Positions 55,870-57,662 of a DNA stretch of 57,662 nucleotides are shown here, in pieces. The stretch lies in IMG/VR virus record IMGVR_UViG_3300031364_000002, positions 1-57,662 of that record. One strand, written 5' to 3'. Below the pieces are notes generated by a model. The model was given only the letters and a program-made list of their open reading frames with translations, did not search any database and was not told the origin of the DNA. The position numbers and the translations under genes are program-made. Source of the stretch: a virus. Lineage: Duplodnaviria > Caudoviricetes. Position 1 is the first letter of the stretch. Each line of letters begins with the position of its first letter.

Positions 55870-56391
55870 ATGATAAATGTTAAACAATATGAGCCTATGT
55901 TGAATAGTCAAGCTGCCTTTTATGCTAAAAAATACAAACTAGATTTTGATGAGGTAAAATCTCAGGCCTATCTCATATTTTGTGAAACTCTGGAGAAATA
56001 TGACAATAGAAAAGCATCATTCACCACCTTTTTGTATGCCAGACTTCATGATCTAAATAGACTAGCCTATTCTGAATCTGCTTCTAGAATATTTTATGAC
56101 TCTGGAGAAACAGATTTTGATAAAATTCCCTTTACTTATTTTTCCAATTATTCCCCTGTTGAAAAAGCAAAAGGAAAAATCAGCCCGGATGCTTTTACCA
56201 CCATAAAAGTTATTGCTTCTGGACAACTCTACAAACCAGAACACCAGCATGGAAGGGGAAGAGCCGGGAGTATGGGGGAAATTTCAAAACGATTTAATTG
56301 GTCCACTGAATACACCAAACGTATTTTTGAAGAGATAAAAATTTGGTGGAGAAAAGAATATCCTATTATTGAAGGTTTGCAATTGTGTTAA
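55870..56391 (+). CDS. Sigma-70-like factor (region 2 recognisable)
   Basis: YEPM....A......DEV..QAY......EKYD..KASFTTFLY motif; C-terminal HTH-like segment. Confidence 0.7.
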   Translation: MINVKQYEPMLNSQAAFYAKKYKLDFDEVKSQAYLIFCETLEKYDNRKASFTTFLYARLHDLNRLAYSESASRIFYDSGETDFDKIPFTYFSNYSPVEKAKGKISPDAFTTIKVIASGQLYKPEHQHGRGRAGSMGEISKRFNWSTEYTKRIFEEIKIWWRKEYPIIEGLQLC

Positions 56392-56418
56392 TAGCAACAA
56401 TAACATTTTGGAGAGTAT

Positions 56419-56625
56419 ATGATAGTAGATGTTTATTTTGACTATGGTCACGGAAGAGCTAAAATAAGATTATTTCAAGTGGAAAGTACTATGGTAGCCC
56501 TTCAAAAAGTCACTGAACTTATCCATAAAATGAGAATTTGTGAGGGGGATTCTATTGAATCTCCATTTATATCCAAGGCTATCAAAGTAAAGGAGAAGAT
56601 TGGTGAATATAAGTGTAAGAATTAA
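56419..56625 (+). CDS. Hypothetical protein
   Basis: GGAG RBS; ORF. Confidence 0.55.
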   Translation: MIVDVYFDYGHGRAKIRLFQVESTMVALQKVTELIHKMRICEGDSIESPFISKAIKVKEKIGEYKCKN

Positions 56626-56854
56626 TTCCTGTTTAGACTGTAGGCATAGAGATCATTCTGGGGCCTTTACACCTGGAGGGGCTATCCCAATATGTCAACA
56701 TCCACATCATCCTAAAAATGCGGAAGTTCCTGGGGTATGTGACTTTAATGATGTTAAAACAAAGGAGATAGCCCAAAAGATATTTGCCCCAAGAACATTA
56801 GAAAAAGGGGTGATTCCTAGTTGGTGCCCACTAAAGATGGGGTTACCATATTGA
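56600..56854 (+). CDS. Cys-rich hypothetical protein
   Basis: SC.DC...C...IPSWCPL motif. Confidence 0.7.
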   Translation: MVNISVRINSCLDCRHRDHSGAFTPGGAIPICQHPHHPKNAEVPGVCDFNDVKTKEIAQKIFAPRTLEKGVIPSWCPLKMGLPY

Positions 56855-56920
56855 AATTCCGCATCCAACTATGGATCCTATAAGACATAATTAGAACTGT
56901 AAAACAAGGAAAAGAGAATT

Positions 56921-57148
56921 ATGAAAGAAAAACGAAAAAAGGTGCATCCAACTGACCTTAAAAAATTATTGAAAGAGACAGAATCTACCCAAGTACATGC
57001 AGCCCAACTTCTGCGAAGAGATCCACGTACGATAAGAAAATGGATAGCCGGAAAATCTTTTATTTCCTGGGATGAATTTTGTGCTCTCACGATACTTCTG
57101 AAATTAGAGACGGGGGCCCTTGTGGATTATACAGATATTCCAAAGTGA
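56921..57148 (+). CDS. XRE-type HTH protein
   Basis: TQ..AA.LL....RTIRKW..G. Confidence 0.75.
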   Translation: MKEKRKKVHPTDLKKLLKETESTQVHAAQLLRRDPRTIRKWIAGKSFISWDEFCALTILLKLETGALVDYTDIPK

Positions 57149-57154
57149 TAAATT

Positions 57155-57451
57155 ATGAGCAAAATTAGATTTATATTTGAAATAGATCCAGAAGCCATTA
57201 AAAACGCTCCAAAATTTCTAAACAGAGAAGAAGATCTGGTTTATTTCAACTCAAACAAATCAATAAAGGAACTTGGAGGAATAATAGCTAAAAAGGCCAT
57301 CCAGAGGGCTCCAAATGAACAATTCATATGGGGAGAATTACTAGTAGAAGCAATCCAGGAAGGAAAACTTGATCAGTCGGATATTGTAGCTTTTGCTATG
57401 GTAGGAGTACCCACAATACTTGAGGCAGGAGGATTTTTGAAGAAAAAATGA
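57155..57451 (+). CDS. Hypothetical protein
   Basis: Co-directional ORF. Confidence 0.6.
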   Translation: MSKIRFIFEIDPEAIKNAPKFLNREEDLVYFNSNKSIKELGGIIAKKAIQRAPNEQFIWGELLVEAIQEGKLDQSDIVAFAMVGVPTILEAGGFLKKK

Positions 57452-57662
57452 CCGAATTTGAAAAAACTCAAAGAGTTGTTTTGTCCTATTCCTGGGAAAT
57501 TACAAAAAGACTAAGAATTTGTTCTATTCTGAACACCCCTATTTATTCAGGAGAACGCTGCTATTCACTAGGGGTAGTGGATAGATTTGAAAGAAAAAAG
57601 GAAAGATTTTATTTTTGTGAAGAGATTGGAAATATATTGAATGTAGGATTTGAGGACTCTCC
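57448..57662 (+). CDS. Hypothetical protein spanning the circular join (ends at 202)
   Basis: MTEFEKTQRVV...FEDSP|IWVKEWLLNHRFMEDEYI; ATGA overlaps at both ends. Confidence 0.7.
   Translation, partial: MTEFEKTQRVVLSYSWEITKRLRICSILNTPIYSGERCYSLGVVDRFERKKERFYFCEEIGNILNVGFEDS
57519..57662. repeat. Terminal direct repeat, right copy
   Basis: Matches 1-144 with one mismatch. Confidence 0.95.

Noticed and set aside
1-57662. Integrase/repressor lysogeny module, tRNAs, alternative genetic code
   Set aside because: No tyrosine/serine recombinase motifs or cloverleafs recognised; genes are long and tightly packed under the standard code.

Overview
The window is an apparently complete, circularly permuted tailed-phage genome of about 57.5 kb (siphovirus-like). 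Bases 1-144 repeat at 57519-57662 with one mismatch, and an ORF reads cleanly across the join. The minus strand (590-27451) carries the lysis, tail, head and terminase genes plus a left arm of small early genes. The plus strand (27746-57662, continuing to 510) carries a largely self-sufficient replication/recombination module (initiator, primase, SNF2 and DnaB helicases, beta-clamp, UDG-PolA fusion, clamp loader, SSB, RecA, RuvC, split SbcCD), a DNA methyltransferase, and a right arm of small early genes with a sigma-like factor. I saw no integrase, tRNA, CRISPR array or reverse transcriptase. Strongest observations: (1) An unfamiliar enzyme operon sits inside the replisome (PLP fold-II enzyme, two SPL-like radical SAMs, an atypical SAM-binding protein, a 48-aa peptide, a DUF2156/GNAT-like protein). 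It resembles a DNA-hypermodification pathway but lacks the known hmdU/kinase/aGPT entry enzymes. (2) Two mirror-image early arms start from an identical 101-bp promoter/RBS unit and are punctuated by mosaic intergenic RNA modules. One module is a complete type II hammerhead ribozyme with a U3-A8 core variant and a pseudoknot. (3) A candidate ~50-nt RNA has a loop antisense to the RBS shared by the early arms. (4) A second, 165-bp inverted repeat pair shares a co-varying operator-like palindrome with the first pair. All protein calls come from motif recognition by eye; no database search was run.
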